DNA from: an uncultured Candidatus Woesearchaeota archaeon
GTDB lineage: Archaea > Nanobdellota > Nanobdellia > Woesearchaeales > DSVV01
Direction: 5' to 3'
Length of the DNA: 64,000 nt
Assembly (NCBI GenBank): GCA_963717515.1
Contig: OY970338.1
Span: 1,595,593-1,659,592 of the forward strand
Below are positions 37,751 through 47,656 of the stretch, piece after piece. The notes beneath the pieces were generated by a model. The model was not told where the DNA came from and did not search any database. It saw nothing but the letters and a program-made list of their open reading frames with translations. Position numbers and translations under genes: made by a program. Positions within the stretch are counted from its first letter, which is position 1, and every line of letters starts with the position of its first letter.

Positions 37751-37932
37751 AGAGCCTGTAGCCTAGTCTGGATATCGGCAAATTGAGCTGCAGCTGGATT
37801 TGCATGGTAGTGCAAATAGGGCGACAAGGATGGGTGTATGTTCACAGTCCATCGCAAGCCTCCTATGCCCTGGGATGTTGATTCCTGGCGGCGGACAGCT
37901 GTAGATCGGGGGTTCGAATCCCCCCAGGCTCG
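37751..37932 (+). tRNA. tRNA-like gene with an unusually long (about 100-nt) intervening sequence (intron-containing or non-canonical tRNA)
   Basis: The 3' end has a perfect T-arm GGGGG-TTCGAAT-CCCCC followed by AGGCTCG. The 5' end GAGCCTG/AGAGCCT can pair as an acceptor stem. A D-loop-like AGTCTGG is present. CAGCTG palindromes in both halves and a hairpin ATTTGCA/TGCAAAT sit in the insert. The anticodon could not be assigned by eye. Confidence 0.45.
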
Positions 37933-37980
37933 TTTCCTCAACCAGTTAATTTCCGTCAACAAAGCAAGCATCAGTTTCAC

Positions 37981-39096
37981 ATGCCTGTCCAGCCCAGGTG
38001 GAAAATGCCAATGCTCCAGAAACTTAAAGAGGGTCTTCGGATTGTGAAAAGAGCCCGGCGTATCAAAAAAAAAGGGTTCCAGAGATACGACGGCAGCCCG
38101 GAGAAGATATGCCGCCAGATTGTGAATAAGTGCTGGAACGGAACGTATTTCCAGACAAGCGCGGGGCATTTCTCAGTCTTCTATATCAGGGATTTCGCAA
38201 TCTGCATACCCGGCCTGCTGAAGCAGGGCTATGGAGAGGAAGTCGTGAAGACTCTCCAGTATGCAATGAACATATTCTCGACCTGGAGAAAACTGACGAC
38301 GACAATAACTCCTCAGGACATCCCGGTCCACATGCATCACTACTCACCTGATTCGCTTCCGATGCTCCTCCGGAGCCTGAGGGAGGCAGGGGCGACTGAG
38401 CTTGCTGAGATCTACAGGCCTTTCATCGAGGAGCAGGTGGATAATTACTACCAGAAAGTCCTTGATACAGAGACCGGGCTGGTGAGGGCAGGGAAATTCA
38501 GCTCCATGAAGGACAATTTCCAGAGGGACAGCTCGTGCTATGACAACTGCATGCTTGCCATGCTCTCAACTGAGCTTGACCTGCTGAAGTTCAGCAATCC
38601 ATTCAGGCAGCATGATTACAGGAGGCTCATAAAAGATAATTTCTGGAATGGCAGATATTTCTTCGATGACATGAAGAAGAAAGATTACGTCGCAGGCGAC
38701 GCAAACACATTCCCGTTCTGGTGCGGGGTGTTCGATGACACCAAGATGTTCCGATCATGCCTCGGTGAGATCAAGAGGGCCGGGCTTGACATGCCATGGC
38801 CCCTGAAATACACCGGAGAGCCTGTGCCGGGTGCCATGTTCCCATACAATATCCTCCTACCAGACTACGAGACTGATTCAATATGGATGCACCTGGGACT
38901 CTGCTTCTTAGACGTGGTGAAAAAATTCGACAGGACGCAGTATGAGCACTATGCCAAAAGCTACAGGGAAGCGATCGAGAAGCATAAGAATTTCCTGGAG
39001 CTCTACAACCGGGACGGCTCCTGTTTCCTGAAGCGGCTGTATGCAAGCGATGAGTCCATGCTCTGGGCTGCGAAATACCTCGAGCTGAACAGTTAA
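37981..39096 (+). CDS. (alpha/alpha)6-barrel glycoside hydrolase-like protein, paralog of the partial GH at 1..1148
   Basis: Shares DNFQRDSSCYDNCMLAM (D-x-F-x-R-x4-YD-x-C-x-L) and other blocks with ORF 60..1148. Lies directly downstream of the tRNA-like locus. Confidence 0.45.
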   Translation: MPVQPRWKMPMLQKLKEGLRIVKRARRIKKKGFQRYDGSPEKICRQIVNKCWNGTYFQTSAGHFSVFYIRDFAICIPGLLKQGYGEEVVKTLQYAMNIFSTWRKLTTTITPQDIPVHMHHYSPDSLPMLLRSLREAGATELAEIYRPFIEEQVDNYYQKVLDTETGLVRAGKFSSMKDNFQRDSSCYDNCMLAMLSTELDLLKFSNPFRQHDYRRLIKDNFWNGRYFFDDMKKKDYVAGDANTFPFWCGVFDDTKMFRSCLGEIKRAGLDMPWPLKYTGEPVPGAMFPYNILLPDYETDSIWMHLGLCFLDVVKKFDRTQYEHYAKSYREAIEKHKNFLELYNRDGSCFLKRLYASDESMLWAAKYLELNS

Positions 39097-39127
39097 ATAT
39101 TTATACAAGGATAATTTCAGAAACTTA

Positions 39128-39757
39128 ATGAGAATCGTGATACTCGGCCCTCAGGCATCGGGCAAGGGGACACAGGCAGACCTGCTTTCTGAAAGGTTCG
39201 GCATCCCGCACGTATCCACTGGCGACATCCTCAGGCAGAACATCAAGGACATGACCGGACTGGGAAAGACTGCGCTCGGATACATAAACGAGGGCAAGCT
39301 CGTGCCTGATGAGGTCATAAACAATGTTGTCGGTGACAGGCTGGCCATGAGGGATTGCGAGGCAGGGTTCATCCTCGACGGGTTCCCAAGAAACATCGAG
39401 CAGGCAGAATTCCTTGATAAGGCAGCTGAGCTTGACAGGGTGATTGAGATTACAGTATCAGACAAGGAGGCTATCAGGAGGATCTCAGGAAGGAGGACAT
39501 GCCAGAAATGCCACGCGGTCTACAGCATCTACCAGGACTCTGAAGAGGCCATCAGCGGGGTCTGCAAAAAATGCGGAGGAAATCTCGTGATAAGGGACGA
39601 CGACAGGGAAGAGGCAGTTAAGAAGCGCCTTGAGATCTACCACGAAGAGACAGAGCCGCTGATAGATTTCTATGACAGGAAGGGGCTCATGATGAAGATC
39701 GACGGTGAGAGGCCGATAGATGTCATATTCGAAGAGATCTCAAAAAAATTAAAATAA
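39128..39757 (+). CDS. adk: Adenylate kinase (long type with zinc-ribbon LID)
   Basis: P-loop GPQASGKGTQ, LID Cys4 (CQKCH...CKKCGG), and NMP-binding blocks. Confidence 0.9.
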   Translation: MRIVILGPQASGKGTQADLLSERFGIPHVSTGDILRQNIKDMTGLGKTALGYINEGKLVPDEVINNVVGDRLAMRDCEAGFILDGFPRNIEQAEFLDKAAELDRVIEITVSDKEAIRRISGRRTCQKCHAVYSIYQDSEEAISGVCKKCGGNLVIRDDDREEAVKKRLEIYHEETEPLIDFYDRKGLMMKIDGERPIDVIFEEISKKLK

Positions 39758-39761
39758 AAAT

Positions 39762-39956
39762 TCAGTCGTCGTCTATCTCTGAAAAAGAAGGGTCCTCAAA
39801 ATCATAATCCTCAGCGTCAAGATCCTCTTCCTCATGACAGAAATACTTTTCTTCGGTTTCCATTTCTTCCATCGCTTCCCACCCAGAAAAACTAAATTGG
39901 TGTTGGATGTGGGCAGGTAGTATATAAAGGTTGCTTTTTTCGGCTATAGATTGCAC
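39762..39956 (-). CDS. Small highly acidic protein (64 aa)
   Basis: C-terminal EEDLDAEDYDFEDPSFSEIDDD. Similar in size and composition to ORF 31347..31541. Confidence 0.3.
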   Translation of the reverse strand: MQSIAEKSNLYILPAHIQHQFSFSGWEAMEEMETEEKYFCHEEEDLDAEDYDFEDPSFSEIDDD

Positions 39957-39974
39957 AGTTGACTGGAAGAGAGC

Positions 39975-41396
39975 CTAAAGGAACTTCTTCACTATCTCAT
40001 TCACTTTCTTGCCGTCGACTTTCCCATGGTATTTCTTCATGACCATACCCATGATTGCACCCATACCAGCACCTTTGTTGCTCTCTACAATCTTTTTTAT
40101 CTCCTCTTCGATATCGTCGACAGATGCCATCTGATAGTTTTTCAGGTCAAGCTTTTTCCCTTTTGCGATATCAACAAGGATCTTCATGACCGAATCCTTA
40201 GATATCTCAGAAATGTCAAGCGCGGAGAATATGCTTTTGAGGTCATCGTTTTTTATGAGGGAGGTATCACAGGGCTTGAAATCCCTTAAAAGCTCACGCG
40301 AGTAGGAAACGAGGGTCTCAGCGACGAAGGCAGGCTTGACATTTTCGGATTTTTTTGCGATGGACTCAAACAGCTCTGCCTTTTCCGATTTAGACATCGC
40401 CTTTGCAAGGTCTGATGACAGCTGGAACTGCTTCTCGAACCTCTTTGCCTTGTCGAAGGCAAGCTCTCTTGCCTTCACTTTGCCTATCTTGGGCCTTACA
40501 GGAGGTATGTCAGTCTCAGGATACATCCTTGCAGCACCAGGCATGGGACGCAGGAAGCTCGTCGAGAAATCAGGCTCAGCCTTCCGGACCTCCTGGCTTA
40601 TCTTTTTCCCTTTCTTCATCAGACCCTGCTGCCTCTCGATCTCGCTCTTGATGACTTTAGGTATGGACCTGAGGTCCTGGAATCCTTTTATCTCTGTCCT
40701 CGCCCCGCCTCTTATGGATATGTTGACATCCTGGCGTATGGTGCCGAGCCCCCGCCTGACCTTCCCTGTCGAGCGCAGGATCATCCCAAGCTTCTCTGCT
40801 GTCTCCTTGGCATGCTCAGGGCTCCTTATGTCTGCATCTGTCGCGATCTCGATCAGCGCGATTCCCAGCCTGTCAAGCCGGTAGGTGACAGTGTCCTTTG
40901 TCTCACCCAGCTTCTGGGCAGCCTCTTCCTCTATGCAGATGCTCGGAATCCTGACTTCTCCAAGGCTCGTATCGACATGGCCGTTGAAGCCGACAAGCGC
41001 AGTCCTCTGGAACCCGGTGGTGTTCGAGCCGTCGACGACTGTCTTTCTCATCACCTGGATATCGTCGACAATCTCGGCGTTAAGCAGCTGGGCCACCTCG
41101 ACAGCGGCAGAAAGGGCATCCTTGTTGATGGGATGGGGAGGCTCCTCGTCGAACTCGACAAGGCATGTGTCTTCTGAGCTTGCGATGTACAAGAACCTCT
41201 TGGCCTTCTTCATCTCATGCGAGGCAGCTGCATCGACCTCTCCTGTCTCGCCGGCAACAGCCCTCAGCCTCCTCTCTGCCTTCAGGTCAGGCTCCATAGA
41301 GCTGTTCAATGCCGGGCAGCTGCAGAAAAGCTTCCTGCCTGCCAGCTGCTGATGTATCTCGATGCCGCAGCGAAAACCAAGCTTTTCATAATCCAT
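39975..41396 (-). CDS. gatE: Glutamyl-tRNA(Gln) amidotransferase subunit E-like (GatB/GatE family)
   Basis: MDYEKLGFRCGIEIHQQL...KLFCSC and RKTVVDGSNTTGFQRTALVG match GatE rather than GatB blocks. C-terminal GatB/YqeY-like helical domain. Shorter than typical GatE. Start moved to MDYEKLG. Confidence 0.65.
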   Translation of the reverse strand: MDYEKLGFRCGIEIHQQLAGRKLFCSCPALNSSMEPDLKAERRLRAVAGETGEVDAAASHEMKKAKRFLYIASSEDTCLVEFDEEPPHPINKDALSAAVEVAQLLNAEIVDDIQVMRKTVVDGSNTTGFQRTALVGFNGHVDTSLGEVRIPSICIEEEAAQKLGETKDTVTYRLDRLGIALIEIATDADIRSPEHAKETAEKLGMILRSTGKVRRGLGTIRQDVNISIRGGARTEIKGFQDLRSIPKVIKSEIERQQGLMKKGKKISQEVRKAEPDFSTSFLRPMPGAARMYPETDIPPVRPKIGKVKARELAFDKAKRFEKQFQLSSDLAKAMSKSEKAELFESIAKKSENVKPAFVAETLVSYSRELLRDFKPCDTSLIKNDDLKSIFSALDISEISKDSVMKILVDIAKGKKLDLKNYQMASVDDIEEEIKKIVESNKGAGMGAIMGMVMKKYHGKVDGKKVNEIVKKFL

Positions 41397-41431
41397 AATG
41401 CAGAAGATTCCCCGGTAATTTAAAAAATTTT

Positions 41432-42046
41432 CTACAGCTTCATTGCCTTGAGGCTCGAATTGACCAGGTGATAAGTGTTCCTGTCCTTTGCAGCTGTGTA
41501 TTTGTTGACAGAAAACCCGTTCAGGTTCAGGAGTCTCAGGATCTGGCTTTTCGTGAAATAGTTCAGGTGATGGCCGCCTATGTATGTCCAGTTTCTCTTC
41601 GGGCAATGCTCCCTGCAGTAAGGGTCCTGGGTCGAGAGGATCTTTGTTATCAGGGTGCCGTCGTACTTTATGAGCTTTGCAAGCTCCTTGTAGAACTTGC
41701 TGTGCCTGCTCCTGAGCAGGCTGTTCGAATAACTGTTGTCGAACACTGCGCCGAACGAGTCCTTCTGCAACCTTTTAGCGAAGCTGAAGAAATCGCTGTA
41801 CTCGTAATTGATATCCTTGTTGTTCTCCCTCGCTTCCTTGACAGTGTCGAGGTCGCTCTCGACGACAGTCACATCGAAACCGAGCCTCAGCGCCTCTTCT
41901 GCCTCGGGCGCATCTGAGATGATGAGAAGCTTTCCCTTGACAGACTGCGCTTTGAGAAAGCCAATTACCTTTCTGTCAGATTCGCTTTTCTCCTGCTTTT
42001 TCTTCTTCGAGTAGGAAAAGAGCGTGAGTTTTTTAGCCATGAACAA
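41432..42046 (-). CDS. Hypothetical Rossmann-fold protein (possible methyltransferase-like)
   Basis: KGKLLIISDAPEAEEALRLGFDVTVVESD beta-alpha-beta pattern. No canonical SAM motif seen. Confidence 0.35.
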   Translation of the reverse strand: MFMAKKLTLFSYSKKKKQEKSESDRKVIGFLKAQSVKGKLLIISDAPEAEEALRLGFDVTVVESDLDTVKEARENNKDINYEYSDFFSFAKRLQKDSFGAVFDNSYSNSLLRSRHSKFYKELAKLIKYDGTLITKILSTQDPYCREHCPKRNWTYIGGHHLNYFTKSQILRLLNLNGFSVNKYTAAKDRNTYHLVNSSLKAMKL

Positions 42047-42099
42047 AAAGTGGGAAAAAAGTATATAAAAATGTTGCTGTTTTCACTGATGCTGTTGGT

Positions 42100-42438
42100 T
42101 TATCCCTGCTTGGCGAGGTCGCTTATATACCTGAACTTGAGCGGGTCAGCGCCTCTCTTGGCATTGTTCGATCCGTGCGGTAGAAGCACCTCCATGGCAT
42201 CGCTGTCCAGGATTATGGGTTTTCCATTCATCGCATCATAGCCGGTATCTCCCGAAAATGCCACTATCCAGTATCCCGAGCGGCCTGTGTCGTCGTGAAA
42301 GGTCTTCTGGAACCTCATCTTCATCTCTTCAGCATCATCAGGTATCTTTACTGCCTGGTTCGGTGCATATCCTGCACCAGGCTTGTGGTGCCTTGCATTC
42401 GGGCTGTATCCCATCACTGACGCATTGTTGCTGTACAT
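42100..42438 (-). CDS. Hypothetical protein
   Basis: ORF only. Start moved to MYSNNAS. Confidence 0.3.
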   Translation of the reverse strand: MYSNNASVMGYSPNARHHKPGAGYAPNQAVKIPDDAEEMKMRFQKTFHDDTGRSGYWIVAFSGDTGYDAMNGKPIILDSDAMEVLLPHGSNNAKRGADPLKFRYISDLAKQG

Positions 42439-42637
42439 TTTTCCATTCCTCCTGCTGGTCCTTCGATAAGCCCAAGAAAAGACACAACAGTCGAGAATCA
42501 ATCCTTGAGCAGCCACCTTTTCAGATGACGCCCAGAACCAGCACTACCACAATCAGCATCATAATTGCCAGCACATTGTGGTTTATCATATGGTGCATCA
42601 CAATTTCAAAGCTAGTATATAAATCATTCGGTGGGAT

Positions 42638-43684
42638 TCACCGGTCTTTCAGGTAATTTCCTATGATTTTCAGCCCTTTGTCAATCTTCTCAGCGTCAAG
42701 AGCATAGGAGAGCCTTATCCTTCCAGGTGCGCCGAACCATTCGCCGAGATACGTCACCACCTTGTGCTTGAAGAAGAGGTCGCTCACTGCCTTTTCCGGG
42801 TCCTTGACCTTCGGGAGCACGTAGAATGCGCCCTCGGGCTTCCAGACGTCGAGGCCCAGGTCCTGCAAGCCTTTGAATATGAGGTCCCTCCTCTCTTTCC
42901 ATATCTTCACCTGTTTGTCGACGTAACTCCTGTCGACCTTTGTCGCCTCATAAGCCATCTCCTGGCCCACGATGCTCGTGTTCATGGAAGTATGGGTCTT
43001 GAGTTCAGTCGCCCCTTCTGTTATATCCTTGTGGTTGGAATACAGGTAGCCAATGCGAAATCCGCACATGGAGAATGTCTTTGAGAATGAATTTATAGTC
43101 ACTACCTGGTCGCCCTGGAGCATGTAGTTCTCCCGCTCGTATATAAGATCCTTGTAGACCTCGTCGGAAATTATGACCACACCAAGGTCCTGGCAGAGCT
43201 TCTCTATCTGCTTGAGGGTCTTTATGGGCTGGAGCCTGCCTGTCGGGTTGGATGGTGAATTTATCATGACAGCCCTGCAGTCCCTGACTTTTGCATCGAA
43301 ATCATCCATATCAATCCTGCCTTTTACGGTCTCTGTAAATACTGGCTTGAGATTGTTGAACCTGGCAAGCGGGACATAAGAGTAATAATAGGGCTTGTGG
43401 AGAAGGATGTTTCCGCCCTGTCTTCCCAGGTATCTGAGAGTGAGGTCTATTGCCTCTGATGCGCCGTTCGTTATCACGAAATCATCCTTTGTCGAATTTT
43501 TAAATTCTTTTGAGAGCTGCTCCCTCAGATTGTCCTGGCCCTGGACAAGGCCGTACTTGAAATGCCTGTACCTACCGAGAATCTTGTATATGTCCTCTGG
43601 CGGGGGAAGGTCAGGCTGGCCTGCGCCGAATGATATGTGGTCACTGCCGTTGACTCCTATGAACATCGATGGGGTTATCTTCAT
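42638..43684 (-). CDS. Class I/II pyridoxal-phosphate-dependent aminotransferase
   Basis: PLP-lysine block SFSKTFSMCGFRIGY and SPSNPTG. Confidence 0.75.
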   Translation of the reverse strand: MKITPSMFIGVNGSDHISFGAGQPDLPPPEDIYKILGRYRHFKYGLVQGQDNLREQLSKEFKNSTKDDFVITNGASEAIDLTLRYLGRQGGNILLHKPYYYSYVPLARFNNLKPVFTETVKGRIDMDDFDAKVRDCRAVMINSPSNPTGRLQPIKTLKQIEKLCQDLGVVIISDEVYKDLIYERENYMLQGDQVVTINSFSKTFSMCGFRIGYLYSNHKDITEGATELKTHTSMNTSIVGQEMAYEATKVDRSYVDKQVKIWKERRDLIFKGLQDLGLDVWKPEGAFYVLPKVKDPEKAVSDLFFKHKVVTYLGEWFGAPGRIRLSYALDAEKIDKGLKIIGNYLKDR

Positions 43685-43953
43685 GTTTTAACCTCGCTTA
43701 ATGTAGTCTGGTCCCAGGATACGCCCAAGATGAAGATGAGGATTGATCTCAGGCAGCCGATGAAAGATTTCACATGGCCGCTAGAACCAGCACTATGCCA
43801 ACTGCCGCTGTTGCGGTTTTATTTATGGTTGCCATAGTTAATTCTGGTTTTGGTGGGAGGTTATATAAAAATATATCGGAAAATTCGATTAGATATTTTA
43901 TTTGTTGAGAATTAATAATATTTATATATACCAAGTTCTTAAATCTCATCATC

Positions 43954-45255
43954 ATGGGGCATATGTCATCATACAGTTACAGGGAGCTTCAGAAGAGGAT
44001 AGATGAAAGTGTCCAGGGAGCTCCGAGTTCACGAAAGCTCAGAAGAATCTTTGAGACTATATTCTCAGAAAAAGAGGCGAAACTGATATCAGTGCTTCCA
44101 TTATTCCTCTTCACAGCAAAAGAGGCAGCAGAGTTATGGGAAGTCTCAACAGGAACTGCAAGAAAATATCTTGATGATCTTGCAGTAAAAGGGGTTGTGC
44201 TTGATCTGAAAAGCAGGAGGAAGCATATGTATTTTCTTCTTCCGCCGTTGGCAGGCTTTTTTGAGATGACCATGTATGGCGGGAAAAAATATGATGAAGA
44301 TGAGCTTTCCAGGAATTTTTATGATTACCTGACCAAAGGAAACAGATTCATGAACGAGCTATTAAAAGTTGATCCAATACCTGGTAGGATTTATGTTCAG
44401 ACCGGTGCGTTGGATGATAAACAAAAAAAGGAAATTAAAGATTATGAAAAAGCAGAGAATGTCATTGATACGGCATACTCTATAGGATTAGGTATATGTT
44501 ACTGCCGGCATAAGATGGAGCATCTTGGAAAGAAATGCAGGCATGAACAGATGAATTGCCTGACATTCAATGAGGGTGCGGAATCATTCATCAGGCATGG
44601 GCTTGCAAAAAAGATAACCAAGACACAGGCAAAAAAAATACTCCAAGATGCAGAGAAAAATGGGCTTGTCCAGTTCGGTGAGAGTGTCCAGGATAATGCA
44701 TTATTCATATGCAATTGCTGTGATTGCTGCTGTGAGGCTTTGAATGCATACAAGAGATTTGGGCATAGGGGCATACAGCACTCCAACTTCAGGGCTGTCA
44801 TCAATAATGAAACATGCATTAAATGCGGTCTGTGCACAAGGATATGTCCTGTCAGAGCAATAAGCGACAGACCTAAAGTGTCAATCCATGATTGCCTGGG
44901 CTGTGGTGTCTGTGTCCAGAAATGCCCAACAAACAGCATAAGCCTTGAAAAAACTCCAACCAAATTCATCCCAAAAGATCCTTTCGAAAGGATGATCTTT
45001 GAAGCAATAGACAAGGGAGAATTGCAGAATTACATTTTTGACAATCATAAACTATGGACTCATCGGATGTTGAAACGCCTCTCAGGGGTGTTGTTCAGGA
45101 AAGAGACCATAAAAAAAGTTCTGAAAAAAAATAAGATTGAATCAATCCTCCTCAGGCTTGCCATGAAGACTGAAAAATATCATAGATACCAGGAGTTTGT
45201 CCTAAAGAATAAGAAGGAGGATTATTCCCATCCTGAGATGCGCAAAACAAATTGA
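43954..45255 (+). CDS. wHTH - Cys-rich domain - 2x[4Fe-4S] ferredoxin-domain protein (candidate redox-sensing regulator)
   Basis: N-terminal HTH-like (AAELWEVSTGTARKYLDDLAVKGVV). Cys clusters ICYCRHKMEHLGKKCRHEQMNC and ICNCCDCCCEALN. Two ferredoxin motifs (CIKCGLCTRICP; CLGCGVCVQKCP). Confidence 0.55.
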   Translation: MGHMSSYSYRELQKRIDESVQGAPSSRKLRRIFETIFSEKEAKLISVLPLFLFTAKEAAELWEVSTGTARKYLDDLAVKGVVLDLKSRRKHMYFLLPPLAGFFEMTMYGGKKYDEDELSRNFYDYLTKGNRFMNELLKVDPIPGRIYVQTGALDDKQKKEIKDYEKAENVIDTAYSIGLGICYCRHKMEHLGKKCRHEQMNCLTFNEGAESFIRHGLAKKITKTQAKKILQDAEKNGLVQFGESVQDNALFICNCCDCCCEALNAYKRFGHRGIQHSNFRAVINNETCIKCGLCTRICPVRAISDRPKVSIHDCLGCGVCVQKCPTNSISLEKTPTKFIPKDPFERMIFEAIDKGELQNYIFDNHKLWTHRMLKRLSGVLFRKETIKKVLKKNKIESILLRLAMKTEKYHRYQEFVLKNKKEDYSHPEMRKTN

Positions 45256-45322
45256 TTGCCAAATAGTCTAGGAAAACTGAATTATAGAAAAATTTTTTAT
45301 ATAGGTTAATCCAGTCTCAATC

Positions 45323-47656
45323 TTGATGAGTTCGTCAAGATTGATTTATCTTTTGAGTATCCTGGCTATATTGATTATTCCTTTGTCTTATGCTTCTGAC
45401 ATCTACGTCTCAAAGCAGGGTTCGAATTCAGCCTCATGCGGTGCAGTCGGCAGTCCGTGCCTGACTATCGAGCATGCAGTCGAAAAGCGGGCTGTCAGTG
45501 GTGATGTTATCAAGGTGAATGATGGGACATATACAGAAAACCAAATAACTTTTCCCTTGGGTGTATCACTTACTGCTGTAAACAAGAATTACCCTAATCC
45601 AACAGTAAAAATTGAGGCTGCAGCCAGTTTTTTAGCACTTTTAGATTTGAGGTCGACCCCTCCTGTCAAGGACGGAGCCATGAGATATCATATATCGACA
45701 TAGCAGGAGCAAAGGTACAGTATGGGATTGATGTTGAAGACCGAAGCAACATCCATATCCATCATTGCTATCTCCATGACCATGTGGATCTGCAATGGAC
45801 AAGGGCGATACGGGTGGCATCGACAGAGGCAGCTGCATATGGAAGTGATTGGAGGCCATTGGTCCCATACGACGGGAGGGATCTTGATGCATGGCTTGCG
45901 AAGTGGACCTTTGCTCCAGTCGAGAATATCGAAATTGACCATGTAAAGATTATCGATTGGGGGAGGATCCCTGTTGACAACAAGGCAAGCACAGGAGGCA
46001 TCCAGCCTATCGGATGGAAAGGGGGTTCGATTCACGACAGTTATTTCGAGGCAACAAACCCAGCATATTACATAAAATTCATACAAGCAACTTCTGCATT
46101 TATCCGTGACGTAGATATCTACAATAACAAGATAATCAGCCATAACAAAGGATCCAACGGTTCAGTCTGGTCAGTTGAGCTCTGGGGACATATAAATAAT
46201 AGATTATACAACAATGATTTTAATTTACCTGTATCATGGACCTATGGCTATGGTACAGAGGTTTTTAACAACACAATTATTGAAGAATCCGCGAAATCAG
46301 TCGGCATAGAGGGGATCGGCCAGTCCAACTACAGAGTGTACAACAATTATGTCGTGAATGGGGCTGATGGCGGAATAAATGTCGGACTTGGAAGATACGG
46401 AAGTCTTGACCACATTATGGGAAACATCGAGGTGTTCGGCAATGTCATAGAAAAAGTCTGGTACAAACCAGTCTGCGTCTATGCCTCCGACCTCCATTCA
46501 TATCATAAGGAGCTGCATAACGTGTCTGTCCACCACAACACAGCCAGCAAGATAAGCCACTATGGGTATTACATCGGAATGGATAGCGTTAATGGAGGAA
46601 CAATGATTGTTGATGACATCAGCTTCGAGAACAACATCGTGACAGGAGCAGCAGAATCCTGCGGCCAGTTCACAAACAAAGACAATAAGGGAACCATGGG
46701 CTCATACAAGATAGACCATAACCTCTACTACGGTCTGTGGCACCAACACCTTCTCTAGCCTGACAGAGACAAATGCGATAATTCAAGACCCGCTCTTTGT
46801 TGCTGACACTCCCATAATCTCAGCGGACGAGTACAGGCTCCAGACAGGATCCCCTGCTATTGACAAGGGAGTGGACCTCGGGCTTAGAGGTACAGACATT
46901 TGGGGGAATAATTATGATTCAACACCAAATATCGGAGCATTCCAGGGTGGGGGGTCTGGCGGATGCAGTCCAGACTGGGTCTATTCAGAATGGGCATGCA
47001 ATGTCTGCGTTAACAGTAAACAAGATTGTAACAGGACCAGGACAGATGCAAATGGTTGCAGCGGGGAAATAATTGAGAGAAAAACCGTGAGTTGTGAGAC
47101 TGGTGACTTCATCTCTCAGTCAGGCTGGAGCCTGCATTATGTTGACAGCATAGAGGACGCTGACGGCCATTATTATCCTGCTGAGCAGGCATTCGATGGA
47201 GACCCCGACACCATGTGGCACACTGAATGGCGACCGAACATGCCTTCCCATCCGCATGAGATACAGATAGATCTCGGTGCCAGGTATGATATCTCAGGGT
47301 TTGCCTATCTGCCGCGCATCCCAGACGGCAATGGCAAGATAAAGGATTATGGGTTCTATGTCAGCGACGACACAAGTGATTGGAGAAACCCAGCTGCAGA
47401 GGGCTCGTTCGATTCCACTACAGCAGAAAAGAAGGTAATGTTCTCGCCTGTGTCTGGCAGGTATGTGAGGCTTGTCGCATTCTCAGAGGTCAACGGGGGA
47501 CCGCTCACAGCTGTAGCAGAGCTAAACATGATAGGCTCTCCTGCAACGTGCATCGGATTCGCAGAGCTGCTTGATTCGATCAACAGGTGGAAGAGCAATG
47601 AATTGACGATGACAGGGCTTTTGGAAACAGTAAGACAATGGAAGCTCGGCTGCTAA
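45323..47656 (+). pseudogene. Secreted right-handed beta-helix (pectate-lyase-fold) protein with C-terminal F5/8 type C (discoidin) domain, interrupted by two frameshifts
   Basis: Signal peptide plus beta-helix N-cap (SDIYVSKQGSNSASCG...CLTIEHAV). Beta-helix body in another frame (about 45616..46758). C-terminal DPLFVAD...YRLQTGSPAIDKG and discoidin motifs (FDGDPDTMWHTEW, RYVRLVAFSEV) in the first frame again (about 46715..47656). First shift at a T6 run (45628..45633). Confidence 0.6.

Noticed and set aside
37732-38169. 145-aa minus-strand ORF
   Set aside because: It covers the tRNA-like locus and the start of the GH paralog on the opposite strand, with no motif. It is treated as spurious.
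40336-41352. Plus-strand ORFs (182, 155, 121 aa) inside the GatE-like gene
   Set aside because: They are antisense shadows, and their translations are Ser/Ala/Leu-rich.
43770-43955. 61-aa ORF in the AT-rich promoter region upstream of 43954
   Set aside because: It is a short AT-rich ORF without support and more likely promoter DNA. A possible 20-aa hydrophobic peptide (MATINKTATAAVGIVLVLAAM) was noted but is too short to call.
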